A stretch of DNA of 64,000 nt from Thermoproteota archaeon (GTDB lineage: Archaea > Korarchaeota > Korarchaeia > Korarchaeales > Korarchaeaceae). Position numbers and translations under genes: made by a program. The notes under the pieces are model-generated. The model had not been told where the DNA came from. It did no database searches and saw only the letters and a list, made by a program, of their open reading frames with translations. Of the stretch, positions 37,291 through 46,663 are shown piece after piece. Location: contig JAOZFG010000004.1 in assembly GCA_027491435.1 (NCBI GenBank), positions 128,001-192,000 of the forward strand, written 5' to 3'. How positions within the stretch are numbered: position 1 is the stretch's first letter; the number at the start of each line of letters is the position of its first letter.

Positions 37291-40200
37291 TTAAGTTGCG
37301 GGCAGGCGAGCGGGCACGTCCTTCCTCAACAACTTGACGTTAAAGCCGAGCTTCCTTATGTCCCTCGCTATCTTCGGATCGGTCACGTAAGCGGGCGCCT
37401 TCAGGGATTCGGCTAGGGCTATAGCTGAAGCGACCTCTTCGTCGATTCCCTTAACCCTCGGGGACTTCTTGGGAACTTTCCTCACCCTTATGTCATTGCT
37501 GACTACATACTTGTCTAGCAACGCCATCAAGTTCTTGTCCTTCTCCACCTTGGAGAATGTCTCCGGGCTCACCACTATGATGTTATCGCTTAATAGAGCT
37601 TCCAACATGCCCCTAACCACAGCCGCCTTAAGGGACTCGTAGTCAAGTACCACAACGCCTCTCTTATCCCTCTTCCTTCTTGCAGCGAGGAACACAAGTA
37701 ACGGGAGAGGGAGGAGGATTAACCACCAAGGCAAGCTTATGGGCGAGGAAGGATAGCTGCTCCTCTCCTTGGGCTTAACGCTTATTACGTGCTCATCGCT
37801 CTTGCCGAACGAAGGGAGGTAAGCCCTGTTTACTATCTTATCCCCGCTGAAGTCCTCTGAGAGGCTGGCACTGAAGGTTATCTTGACGGAACCTCCCTTG
37901 GGCACATTAACTACCCACTCCAGGCTATTTCCACTTCGTTTCGGTTCCTTAAAAGAGCCCTCTACGGTGGCCGAGCTCGGATCGTAGCTCAGATATGGTG
38001 GGAGCTGATCCACCACCCTTGTCCTGGCCCCTGTGGGACTAGTCACAGTTATTGTGTAGAGAACCTTACCTCCTTCCAACTGACCATCTAACTTTATGTC
38101 AGCTATTGGTGGTGGAGGCGGGAGCTTTACCTCCTCCTTCTTCGGCTCCTCCTTGGACACTACCTTAAGTTTGGCGTAGGCCATGGATCCCTTAAACCTG
38201 ACCTCATTTCTAAGCTCTCCCGAGTGAGCCTCAACTTTAGCCCTAAAGGAGATCTCAACTGCCCTCCTTGGGAGTATGACGGGTATCTTCCACCTTAGGA
38301 CGTTCCCACTCCTCTCAGGCTCGTCCTTAACCCCACCAACCTTGGAGGTGCCTGATATGTAGTCTAAGCCTTGAGGTAAGTTGTCGATCACCTCAACCTC
38401 ATTGGCCTGCACGTTCCCTATGTTCTTCACCCTAATTATGAAAGTGACTATATCCCCCTGACTGGCGACGCTTGGCGTTACGAACTTCTCTAAAACTATC
38501 CTAGCCACAGGTTTTTCAGACAGCTTCTGAGGCTGTTCAACTACCTGTCCAGTGCCGCTGTTAGGGGGGAGAGGGCCGGCGCTAGACACAGCTACCATGA
38601 CTATGGGGAGCTCCTTGATCCTATAGGACGTACCGCCTGATGGTGAATTGTCATCTCCATCATCTTTGTCGTCGTTACCTGACGATCCAGGAGGCATCGA
38701 AGGGCACGGAGGGGTAACTCCACCTACAGAGCCCCCTGGGGGGATGACCGGCCTCTCCCTGACGATGACAGTTGACGATGTCGAGTCAGTCCCGTTTAGG
38801 ACCACCACGTTTCTATGAACTCCCTCTTCAACAGCCTCCATGACATAGGTTATCCTCAGGGAGCTGCCCCCGCTTATCCTGCCCTCGGCTATTATGGAAG
38901 TTCCGTTCAACTCGAGCCTGTCCAGCGGATAAGTTGATCTAAGACTTCCCTTGACGAACCTAAGGCCTGACGGCAATTCGTCCACCAGGTTGAACGAGAC
39001 TGTGCCGTGGCCCAGGTTATCCACCCTTATGGCAAACGTCACCTTTTCCCCAACGTAGACGGAGGTGGAAGAAGCTACCTTGGTCACCCTGAGATTGGGC
39101 TCCTCGATGACGTTAACCGAGTCATCGTCGGTTGAGTTGTAGTCGTCCTGCGAGAGGACAGCTACGTTCCTCAGGGTAGTGCCTGGAGAAGCTGTAACTC
39201 TGGCCCTAAAAGTTATAACCGTTGAGGAGTTTGCCGGCACGTCCAAGTGCCAAGCTAGGACGTTGTCCGACCTTGATGGCTCCACGGGGGCTCCATCCAC
39301 TTTAGAGCTTCCTGACACGTACTCCATGCCTTCAGGGAGTTCATCAGTTATAGTAACGTTGTAAGCAGTCCCATTCCCGTTGTTCATTACCAATATGGTC
39401 ACGTTAACCAGGTCGCCGGTCATCACCTCATCGGGGCTCATCTCCTTGGTCACAGATAAGTCCGTGTAAACCCTCACGACAGGATAGTTGGGCCCAAACT
39501 CTGAGGTACCGTAAACCGTCGTTGTGGTTCCAGTTAAGTTAAACTCCTCAGGAGTTCCCTCTGGGAGGTTTATCCACCCGAGAAAATTGCCTTCAATCAC
39601 CTTCAGGCTTCCTAGGTATGATTTGCCCTCCCCGTAACCTGTGGGATCGTCGTCTGATATAAAGAGCTCAACCGTTCCGTTAAATGAGGATGAGCCGTTC
39701 CCAACCCCCTCTCTGTTGACGTAACCCTTGACGAGCATCCTCGAGCCGTACACGACCGCCCACTCTATAACTGGGTAATCCACGTACCTATTAGGCCCCT
39801 CGTCATAAGTTCCATTGTTAGGGGTGACCAGGTCAGCTCCCAGGTCTATGCCCAACAGGCCGTTGTCCCAGAACTCGGTCATGGAGAAAGCGTTACCCAC
39901 GGAGTTCTCCTCCACGACTGCCCCGGAGTAAGTGTTATTGTGTATCCTGCATCCGAAGAAGGTGTTGTTGTGGGAGCCATCGACCCCGTAGATTATTGCT
40001 CCCCAACCGTTGAAGCTCAAGTTAGAATTCTCGACCCTGTTCCTAGAGGAATCCATTAAGTATATTCCGTAACGGCTTCCCGAGACCGTAGAGGAATTGA
40101 TCAGGTTGCCGCTGGACCACTCTAAGTAGAAGCCCGCTACTGAATTGTTGATCGATTTCAACCCTTCGAACGTGTTGTTTTCCGAGTAATCCGCCAGCAC

Positions 40201-41061
40201 GACTCCATATACGTTATTCCCTATTACTGAATCATGTAGGAAGTTGTTGCTGGATCCTTGATAAAGGTAAATTCCTATGCTCTCGTTTCCTATCATGTTG
40301 TTGTCCTCTGAGGTGACGTTAACTATCTCGTTGTAATGGGAATCTTGCAAGTATAGGCCGTACCACCCGTTCCACCTCACGTTAGATCCGGAGATGGTGC
40401 TATTCCTGGTGTACTTCAGCAAGATTCCGCCATAGGTGTTATTCCTTGAAGTTAACCCCTCCACCAGGACCTCTTCGCCGTGACTGATCACAAGTCCAAC
40501 TTTGTTCCTGTAAGACTCAGAGTCAGTCAGGTTGGCGTAGATAGAGTTCTCAATGAGTAGGCCGGCGTCATAGTTGTCAAAGGAAGTCACGTTTTCCACA
40601 GTCACGGCCGATGAGGACGCCACATATATCCCATAGAAGTTCTCCTTCGTTATCACGTTCTTTATAACCGTCTCCCTGGTCCTGAACAAGTAAAGGCCCG
40701 CCATCTGGCTGCCAGCTCCCTTCAGAGTCACGTTGTACAGTTCCACGCCTGAAGTCCCGCTTATCTTGAACGTATGCTGGGAGGTGTTCTGAGCCTCTAT
40801 CACCACAGTTTCTGGCCCTCCATACCCGTAAATTTTAAGGGAGCTCTTCCTGATGACAACGTTTTCCACGTAAGTGCCCGGGCATATGATTACCTCATCT
40901 CCTGGGGAGGCGCTGTCTATCGCCAGCTGTATTGAGTCATAAGTGAGGTCCCCGGAGGTGCAAGAGGAGCCTAAAGCGACCACTATCCTCCTTCCGGTGG
41001 CAGAAACGTGAACTATCCCGGGGAGCAACAGTAGGATTATTAAGACCAGTTGCCTCTTCAT
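37291..41061 (-). CDS. Large surface protein: NosD/CASH beta-helix + 4 DUF11-like Ig domains + TM + cytoplasmic PIN-like domain
   Basis: Signal peptide, SIQLAID..GD.VII.PGTY.EN, repeated N..GIYL..S..N, DUF11 repeats (VTK..GD.V..TI.V.N.G...D.LP.G..Y), TM at 37681-37737, then VVVLD...ASAIALAE...VTD. Confidence 0.8.
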   Translation of the reverse strand: MKRQLVLIILLLLPGIVHVSATGRRIVVALGSSCTSGDLTYDSIQLAIDSASPGDEVIICPGTYVENVVIRKSSLKIYGYGGPETVVIEAQNTSQHTFKISGTSGVELYNVTLKGAGSQMAGLYLFRTRETVIKNVITKENFYGIYVASSSAVTVENVTSFDNYDAGLLIENSIYANLTDSESYRNKVGLVISHGEEVLVEGLTSRNNTYGGILLKYTRNSTISGSNVRWNGWYGLYLQDSHYNEIVNVTSEDNNMIGNESIGIYLYQGSSNNFLHDSVIGNNVYGVVLADYSENNTFEGLKSINNSVAGFYLEWSSGNLINSSTVSGSRYGIYLMDSSRNRVENSNLSFNGWGAIIYGVDGSHNNTFFGCRIHNNTYSGAVVEENSVGNAFSMTEFWDNGLLGIDLGADLVTPNNGTYDEGPNRYVDYPVIEWAVVYGSRMLVKGYVNREGVGNGSSSFNGTVELFISDDDPTGYGEGKSYLGSLKVIEGNFLGWINLPEGTPEEFNLTGTTTTVYGTSEFGPNYPVVRVYTDLSVTKEMSPDEVMTGDLVNVTILVMNNGNGTAYNVTITDELPEGMEYVSGSSKVDGAPVEPSRSDNVLAWHLDVPANSSTVITFRARVTASPGTTLRNVAVLSQDDYNSTDDDSVNVIEEPNLRVTKVASSTSVYVGEKVTFAIRVDNLGHGTVSFNLVDELPSGLRFVKGSLRSTYPLDRLELNGTSIIAEGRISGGSSLRITYVMEAVEEGVHRNVVVLNGTDSTSSTVIVRERPVIPPGGSVGGVTPPCPSMPPGSSGNDDKDDGDDNSPSGGTSYRIKELPIVMVAVSSAGPLPPNSGTGQVVEQPQKLSEKPVARIVLEKFVTPSVASQGDIVTFIIRVKNIGNVQANEVEVIDNLPQGLDYISGTSKVGGVKDEPERSGNVLRWKIPVILPRRAVEISFRAKVEAHSGELRNEVRFKGSMAYAKLKVVSKEEPKKEEVKLPPPPPIADIKLDGQLEGGKVLYTITVTSPTGARTRVVDQLPPYLSYDPSSATVEGSFKEPKRSGNSLEWVVNVPKGGSVKITFSASLSEDFSGDKIVNRAYLPSFGKSDEHVISVKPKERSSYPSSPISLPWWLILLPLPLLVFLAARRKRDKRGVVVLDYESLKAAVVRGMLEALLSDNIIVVSPETFSKVEKDKNLMALLDKYVVSNDIRVRKVPKKSPRVKGIDEEVASAIALAESLKAPAYVTDPKIARDIRKLGFNVKLLRKDVPARLPAT

Positions 41062-41130
41062 ACTTCCTCAGGTAGACATGCTACAACCCCTAATATTGGG
41101 GGTTAGCCGGAAGTAATAGCTCAATAATAG

Positions 41131-43272
41131 GTGAATAGCTTGACCACGCTAATACTAACTGAGAAGCCTAAAGTGGCCAAGAGGATAGCCGGAATACTCT
41201 CCAAGGGTAAGGCCAAACAGCTAAGCTTCGAGGGAGTAAGTTACTACACCTTCGAGCTTGAGGGGGAAAGGTACTTCGTAGTACCTGCGGCTGGCCACTT
41301 GATAGAGCTGGACTTCCCCGAGGGAAAGTGGACATATCCCGTGATAGTCCCACCGGAAAGGCTGGTCATGAAGGTGATCAGGTCGAAGTACAAGTATCTG
41401 AAGGTGATAAAGAAGATAGGAGAGCTATGCGACAGGGTAATAGTTGCCACAGATTTGGACACGGAGGGAAGTTCCATAGCGCTGGAGATAATCAAGTCTC
41501 TGGGATGGGAGGGGAGCAAGGAGATAAGGAGGATGGAATTTTCATCCCTAACACCACAGGAGATCTGGCAATCCTTCAGGAACTTGAAGCCCTTCGACTA
41601 CCCGAGGGCTAACGCAGGGTGGGTCAGGAGGGTAATAGACCTAGAGTGGGGGGCCAACGTCTCCAGGGGGCTGACCTTAAGCGCTAGAAAGAGGGCCAGG
41701 GTCAAGGTCTTAAGCTCCGGAAGGGTACAAGGCCCCTCTCTGGCCCTAATAGTTAGAAGGGAGAGGGAGATAAGGGAGTTCAAACCCAGGAAGTTTTACA
41801 GAGTGGTGGCTAGGTTCAGGGGTAGCAGCGGGGAAATAGAAGCTGAGCTAGTTCCGCCCAGTGGGGATAGGATATGGGACAGGGAGTACGCTGAGAAGGT
41901 ATCAAAGGAGGTCGTGGGCAAGGAGTTCACCGCCAAGGTGACAAGGCAAGTGGTTAGAGTCAGGCCCCCACCCCCTTTCGACGGCACCGACATGCAGGTA
42001 GAGGTTAGCAGGATCACTGGCTTATCCCCAAGGCAGATAGCTGATAGGTCCAAGGGAATAGCTCAGCAACTTTACGAGATGGGCTTCATCAGCTACATAG
42101 GTACGGAGAGCCAGAAGTACCCCAAGACTTGGGGGAAAGAGGACTTCGTTAAAATGGTTCGCCTGATAGGTAAGTTTCCTCCCCTGAAAGAGGAAGCAGA
42201 ATATGTCCTGTCCAACATGAGGGACAGACCCGTAGAGGGGAAGAAGGACGATCCAGCACATCCGGCCATACACGTGGTGGGCGCGCCCTCCGGACTACAG
42301 GATCCACACTTCAAGGTATTCGAGGTAATAGCTAGGAGGAACCTGGCCACCTTGGCACCTGACGCCGTTGTGGAGAAGGCGTCCGTGGAGATCACGAACG
42401 GGCACAGGTTTAGGGTTTCAGGGTCCAGGCTCATAGAGGAGGGCTGGCTCAGGGTATACCCCTACGTTAAGAGGGAGTTCAAGGATGTCAAGGTTAAGGA
42501 CGGGGAGAAGCTCGTCTGCATATCCGCTGAGGTCAAGGAAGGCAAAACACAACCGCCCAAGAGGTACACCCAGACCTCCATAATTAAGGAGATGGAGCGC
42601 CTCAACTTAGGAACTAAGAACACAAGGGTGCAGATTCTCGACATACTTAGGGAGAGGAAGTACATAGAGGGGAGGACGATCAGGCCGACCAAGCTGGGGG
42701 AAACCGTGGTGGAAGTTCTAGAAGAGCACGTACCAGAGTTGACGAGCCCAGAGCTCACCTCAAGGCTTGAACAGGCGATGAGGGAGATAGAGCTGGGCAA
42801 AAGGGATCCTAACGAGTTTGTAGCTCAGACCTTGGATCAGATAAGGGAGATAATGAATAAGTTCAAGGAGAGGGAAGAGGCCATCTCAGAGAAGCTAGCC
42901 GGCGCCTTGTCAGAGTTAAAGAAGGGCGACTCCGTTGGAAAGTGTCCTAAGTGCGGGAGCGACCTAGTGATAAAGGAGAGCAGGTATGGGAGGTTCGTAG
43001 CCTGCTCAGCCTATCCTAAGTGCGACGTAAAGTTCCCGCTCTACCCAGGGGAGAGGGTGCTCAAGTCAAGGTGTGAGTGCGGCCTGCCATTGGTCTCCGG
43101 AAAGGTGAAGACCAGGTCAGGTCAAATAAGGTATAGGAGATGCCTGGGTAACTGTGAGAGGTCTCCTTTAAGGTGCTCTAAATGCGGAGGGGTCATGATT
43201 CCGAAGATGGGCAGGTACGGGCTCTTCCTCAAGTGCACGAAGTGTGGTTCCGTGAACTCGGTAAGCCAATGA
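41131..43272 (+). CDS. topA: DNA topoisomerase type IA with C-terminal Zn ribbons
   Basis: EKPKVA, GHL, ATDLDTEG, SSGRVQ, LYE..ISY, HPAI, LGT..TR, C-terminal CPKC/C..YP.C ribbons. Confidence 0.9.
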   Translation: MNSLTTLILTEKPKVAKRIAGILSKGKAKQLSFEGVSYYTFELEGERYFVVPAAGHLIELDFPEGKWTYPVIVPPERLVMKVIRSKYKYLKVIKKIGELCDRVIVATDLDTEGSSIALEIIKSLGWEGSKEIRRMEFSSLTPQEIWQSFRNLKPFDYPRANAGWVRRVIDLEWGANVSRGLTLSARKRARVKVLSSGRVQGPSLALIVRREREIREFKPRKFYRVVARFRGSSGEIEAELVPPSGDRIWDREYAEKVSKEVVGKEFTAKVTRQVVRVRPPPPFDGTDMQVEVSRITGLSPRQIADRSKGIAQQLYEMGFISYIGTESQKYPKTWGKEDFVKMVRLIGKFPPLKEEAEYVLSNMRDRPVEGKKDDPAHPAIHVVGAPSGLQDPHFKVFEVIARRNLATLAPDAVVEKASVEITNGHRFRVSGSRLIEEGWLRVYPYVKREFKDVKVKDGEKLVCISAEVKEGKTQPPKRYTQTSIIKEMERLNLGTKNTRVQILDILRERKYIEGRTIRPTKLGETVVEVLEEHVPELTSPELTSRLEQAMREIELGKRDPNEFVAQTLDQIREIMNKFKEREEAISEKLAGALSELKKGDSVGKCPKCGSDLVIKESRYGRFVACSAYPKCDVKFPLYPGERVLKSRCECGLPLVSGKVKTRSGQIRYRRCLGNCERSPLRCSKCGGVMIPKMGRYGLFLKCTKCGSVNSVSQ

Positions 43273-43309
43273 GAATTTATTTTAACGCCATTATTTTTCC
43301 CGTGATAGC

Positions 43310-44263
43310 ATGACCTCGGAACGGCAAGACGAGCTGGTTGTCATAGCTCTGGGAGGGAACGCTTTGCAGAGGTACGGGCAGAGGGGCACCTTTGAGGAGC
43401 AGCTGGAGAACGCTCGAGTTACCGCCAAGCAGATAGTGAGACTCATAAGAAGGGGCTACAGGGTAGTGATAACCCATGGGAACGGTCCTCAAGTGGGGGC
43501 TATCCTGCTACAACAAGAGCTGGCCAGCGAGCAGGTCCCCCCTATGCCCCTCCACGCCTGCGGCGCCATGAGTCAAGGGCTGATAGGCTACATGATACAA
43601 CAATCCCTGATAAACGAGCTCAGGGCTCAAGGGATGGAGGTTCCAGTGGCCACCGTGATAACTCAGGTGCTGGTTAGGGAGGACGACCCCGCCTTCAAAA
43701 ACCCGACGAAGTTCGTGGGTCCCTGGTTCAGTGAGGAGATGGCGAAGAAGAAGATGGCTGAGGGCTGGCTGATGAAGTACGACGTCGGTAAGGGGTGGAG
43801 GAGAGTTGTACCTTCGCCTGACCCGATAGCCCAGGTGGAGGTAGAGGCCATAAGGAGGATGGTAAACTCAGGCATCGTGGTCATAGCATCTGGCGGCGGG
43901 GGAGTACCAGTGGTGGAGAAGATGGGTGAGCTCAGGGGGGTAGACGCCGTGATAGACAAGGACTTAGCCGGAGAGAGGCTAGCCACTCTTTTAGGGGCGA
44001 ACCTCTTCGTGATATTAACTGACGTGGAGAAGGTAGCCCTTAACTACAAGAAGCCTAACGAAGTTTTGCTGGACGTCATGAACGATGAGGAGGCTGAGAG
44101 GTATTACAGGGAGGGGCACTTCCCTCCAGGAAACATGGGGCCCAAGGTTCTAGCGTCAATAAGGTTCGTTAGGAACGGGGGTAGGATGGCGATAATAACA
44201 AAGCTCGACAAACTGCTAGAAGCTTTAGACGGCAAAACTGGGACGAGGATAGTCCCTAAGTAA
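43310..44263 (+). CDS. arcC: Carbamate kinase
   Basis: [56 protein letters not shown]. Confidence 0.95.
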   Translation: MTSERQDELVVIALGGNALQRYGQRGTFEEQLENARVTAKQIVRLIRRGYRVVITHGNGPQVGAILLQQELASEQVPPMPLHACGAMSQGLIGYMIQQSLINELRAQGMEVPVATVITQVLVREDDPAFKNPTKFVGPWFSEEMAKKKMAEGWLMKYDVGKGWRRVVPSPDPIAQVEVEAIRRMVNSGIVVIASGGGGVPVVEKMGELRGVDAVIDKDLAGERLATLLGANLFVILTDVEKVALNYKKPNEVLLDVMNDEEAERYYREGHFPPGNMGPKVLASIRFVRNGGRMAIITKLDKLLEALDGKTGTRIVPK

Positions 44264-44522
44264 CGTCTGGCACGTCGTCGGTTATGTCCCTCTCCCTGAG
44301 CTGCCTAATCTTCCAACCCTCTATCTCCGGGAGTATGTAGGGCAGCACCCTGAGCACCAGAGGGGTAGACATTATGGGGAGCCCCAAGAATTCGCCCAAC
44401 AACAAGAGGTTTATGGCATCTTTCCTCTTAACTGCCTCCTCCTTAGTCTGCAGGTAGATGTCGAACAGGAAGAGGCCGAATAAAAACTCCTTGACGGCCT
44501 TCCAGAACTTCTGCCAGTTAAT
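44256..44522 (-). CDS. Conserved-looking small protein (88 aa) with probable ATT start
   Basis: Not in track. ATT lies 6 nt after GGAGGTGA and overlaps the upstream stop. Translates (M)[24 protein letters not shown]...[49 protein letters not shown]. Confidence 0.7.
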   Translation of the reverse strand: MNWQKFWKAVKEFLFGLFLFDIYLQTKEEAVKRKDAINLLLLGEFLGLPIMSTPLVLRVLPYILPEIEGWKIRQLRERDITDDVPDVT

Positions 44523-44967
44523 GGCAGATCACCTCCACCCTGTCGAATATGTCCATCAAGTCATATTTAGTCTTCCCCTTGAACTCGATTTTTATCGTTC
44601 TATTGGTCACGTTACAGTAGTAGAGAATTACCAAAGCGTCTTTCTTGTCTAGGAAGCCCTTCTTCCCCCTGAAGTACCTGGCCACGTGTCCGCCAACGTA
44701 TGTGGTCCCCTCATCCTCAACCTTTATCCCCGGGGACATGCCCCTCAACCCAGGCCTTATCACAACCTTCATGTCAAGGGCATAGTCCCTGCCTACCAGG
44801 AGGTGGTAGCTCTCCCCATAAGTAACCAGAAAGCTCTTCCTGTCGTAAGAGGTCACGTCGGAGCCGTAAGCGGTAGGGAGAACCCTCACGTCATCCGGCA
44901 CCATAACCTTGAGGAATTCAACAGTACCGACCAGCGAGTTGACGGCCCTGAGGAACACCTCCCTCAT
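44518..44967 (-). CDS. Hypothetical protein
   Basis: ORF with host-like codon usage. SD AAGGTGG before ATG 44967. Confidence 0.7.
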   Translation of the reverse strand: MREVFLRAVNSLVGTVEFLKVMVPDDVRVLPTAYGSDVTSYDRKSFLVTYGESYHLLVGRDYALDMKVVIRPGLRGMSPGIKVEDEGTTYVGGHVARYFRGKKGFLDKKDALVILYYCNVTNRTIKIEFKGKTKYDLMDIFDRVEVICH

Positions 44968-45002
44968 AGAAACCACCTTAAGTTACCGGGGCCTCAACCC
45001 AT

Positions 45003-45482
45003 ATGTACGAGTTGGAGATTATAATAGCTCTCTCGGCCGTGCTCACCGGCTGGTACTTTATAGGCCTTAGGATGAACAGGAGGTTAACTGAAAGGGTGTG
45101 GAAGTCAATTTTAGAACAGTTAGAAGACTACACACCCTCGGTTACCGCCAGGGAGTTGGGAACTTCAGGCTTCATAGCGGTGGCCGACTCCCCAAGGGGA
45201 GTGTTCACCAGGATGGAGATGGCCTTCGTCTGCCTTCCCAGAGACATACTCATAAATTATCTGATATCGAAGGCTATAGGGAGAGTAGACCTCTTTTCTC
45301 TCAAGGGAGATGTCAAAAATCCTAAAGATTTAACTGACAAGATAAAGGACCTGGAGGGGCTGGTGCTACGGTACTCGGTCAAGACCGCGAGGCCCCACGT
45401 CACCCTGGTGCTGTCAGCTGAGCAGGTGCTGAAGGGCAACCTCAGGAAAGCTTTAAAGGTCTTAGAAGGCGCTCTAGCCTAG
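45003..45482 (+). CDS. Single-pass membrane protein resembling CCDC47/DUF1682
   Basis: N-terminal TM, then YFIGLRMNRRL and LPRDILINYL...D, like CCDC47 YIIGKNKNSRL and LKRQDLLNVL...D. Confidence 0.55.
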   Translation: MYELEIIIALSAVLTGWYFIGLRMNRRLTERVWKSILEQLEDYTPSVTARELGTSGFIAVADSPRGVFTRMEMAFVCLPRDILINYLISKAIGRVDLFSLKGDVKNPKDLTDKIKDLEGLVLRYSVKTARPHVTLVLSAEQVLKGNLRKALKVLEGALA

Positions 45483-46022
45483 CAACTCCCGCCTGAAGTC
45501 CTCACTTAATCTCCTAACCTCTCCCTCATCCTCGGCCTTGGAGTAAGCTTCAAGCCTCTCCTCGTTTATCCTGTAGAATTCGGGGCCCCACTTAAACGCG
45601 GACAGAACGCGCCAGCCCTCCTCATAGAAGCCAGTGATGAGCAGGGCTGCAGCGATGGCCTCGGCCGTCGACAGGTACTCTGGCAAACCGTAGTTTATCG
45701 GGTTAGCTGCTACAAGGAATGGGAGCCTCCGGGAGGGGGTTCTGGGCCACCTGACCTCATTAATCCTCCTCCAAGAGGCATCTATGGCCAGTATGCCTCT
45801 TTTCCTGATAATTTCTCCGTCTCTGGGGGATATTAGCCTTAAAGAAAGTGGGTTGAGGGTTAAGGGGGAACCCCTCATGAACTTCAGGGCGATCCCCAAC
45901 CTTAAGAGCCTAGCCCCTGTAGCCTTCTTGGGGTCGTCGTGTTTCAACCTTATAACGTAAATCCTAACTTCACTTGAGCTTCTCGAGTACGATGAAGGTG
46001 ACCGTGTTTTCAACTCCCTCAA
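45474..46022 (-). CDS. tsr3: 16S rRNA aminocarboxypropyltransferase Tsr3 (DUF367)
   Basis: DDPKKATG, DASW, RRLPFLVAANPINYG..LSTAEA, FKWG..F..IN. True start uncertain, probably near 45970. Confidence 0.9.
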   Translation of the reverse strand: MRELKTRSPSSYSRSSSEVRIYVIRLKHDDPKKATGARLLRLGIALKFMRGSPLTLNPLSLRLISPRDGEIIRKRGILAIDASWRRINEVRWPRTPSRRLPFLVAANPINYGLPEYLSTAEAIAAALLITGFYEEGWRVLSAFKWGPEFYRINEERLEAYSKAEDEGEVRRLSEDFRRELLG

Positions 46023-46212
46023 TTCCCCTCAGGTCCTCAATAACCCTGGCAAGCTCGTAGGTATTGGAGGCCTCAACCCTTAGCAGGAAGTCAAACTCCC
46101 CGGTGACGTAGAAGACTTCCTTTATCCTCTCGTGGTCGGGTAGGGCATTTTTAAGGTTTGTGGTGCTAGCAGGCCTGACGCTCACGGCAATAAATGCCTC
46201 CACCACGTTCAC
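45970..46212 (-). CDS. Stand-alone Lrp/AsnC ligand-binding (RAM) domain protein
   Basis: VTGEFDFLLRV, LRGIEGV..T.T.IVL. No HTH. Confidence 0.85.
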   Translation of the reverse strand: MNVVEAFIAVSVRPASTTNLKNALPDHERIKEVFYVTGEFDFLLRVEASNTYELARVIEDLRGIEGVENTVTFIVLEKLK

Positions 46213-46253
46213 CCCCGCTCTCTTCTGATAGTGATCAGGAGTCCCATTTAAAC

Positions 46254-46637
46254 TTACTTTTGAACCTCCGTCGCTTGCAACCTCTTTATCTCAGAGATAA
46301 CCTCTTTCATATCTAATACCGGCCCCCTGAACACCCTGTCTCCCACTATTATAGAGACGCCCTTGTTGAGCCTGTACCTCAGCGCCAGCAGCACGCCCCT
46401 GAGTGAGTCCAGCCCCACCACCTCGAGCTTTATTGAACTGCCAAACTCGCTTAAATCCCTGTAAATTCTAAGGAGAAGTTTGTAATTCTCGATCATCCAA
46501 TCAGGGTATTCGGACAGCTGCCTTCTCTTCTCCTCCGTCAGGCTTGAAGCGTAATCGTACGTGCAGCAAGAGGCGACCATCGAGTAAAGAGTTGGGAAAA
46601 TGCCTACCACAGTAACCCTGACTGGCACACAAATCAC
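46254..46637 (-). CDS. Hypothetical protein, possible thioredoxin-like fold with CC motif
   Basis: SCC, QLSEYP, S.RG..LALRY, IIVG. Likely GTG start at 46628. Confidence 0.55.
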   Translation of the reverse strand: MICVPVRVTVVGIFPTLYSMVASCCTYDYASSLTEEKRRQLSEYPDWMIENYKLLLRIYRDLSEFGSSIKLEVVGLDSLRGVLLALRYRLNKGVSIIVGDRVFRGPVLDMKEVISEIKRLQATEVQK

Positions 46638-46663
46638 CTCCCACTGTATCCCTTTTCATTATT

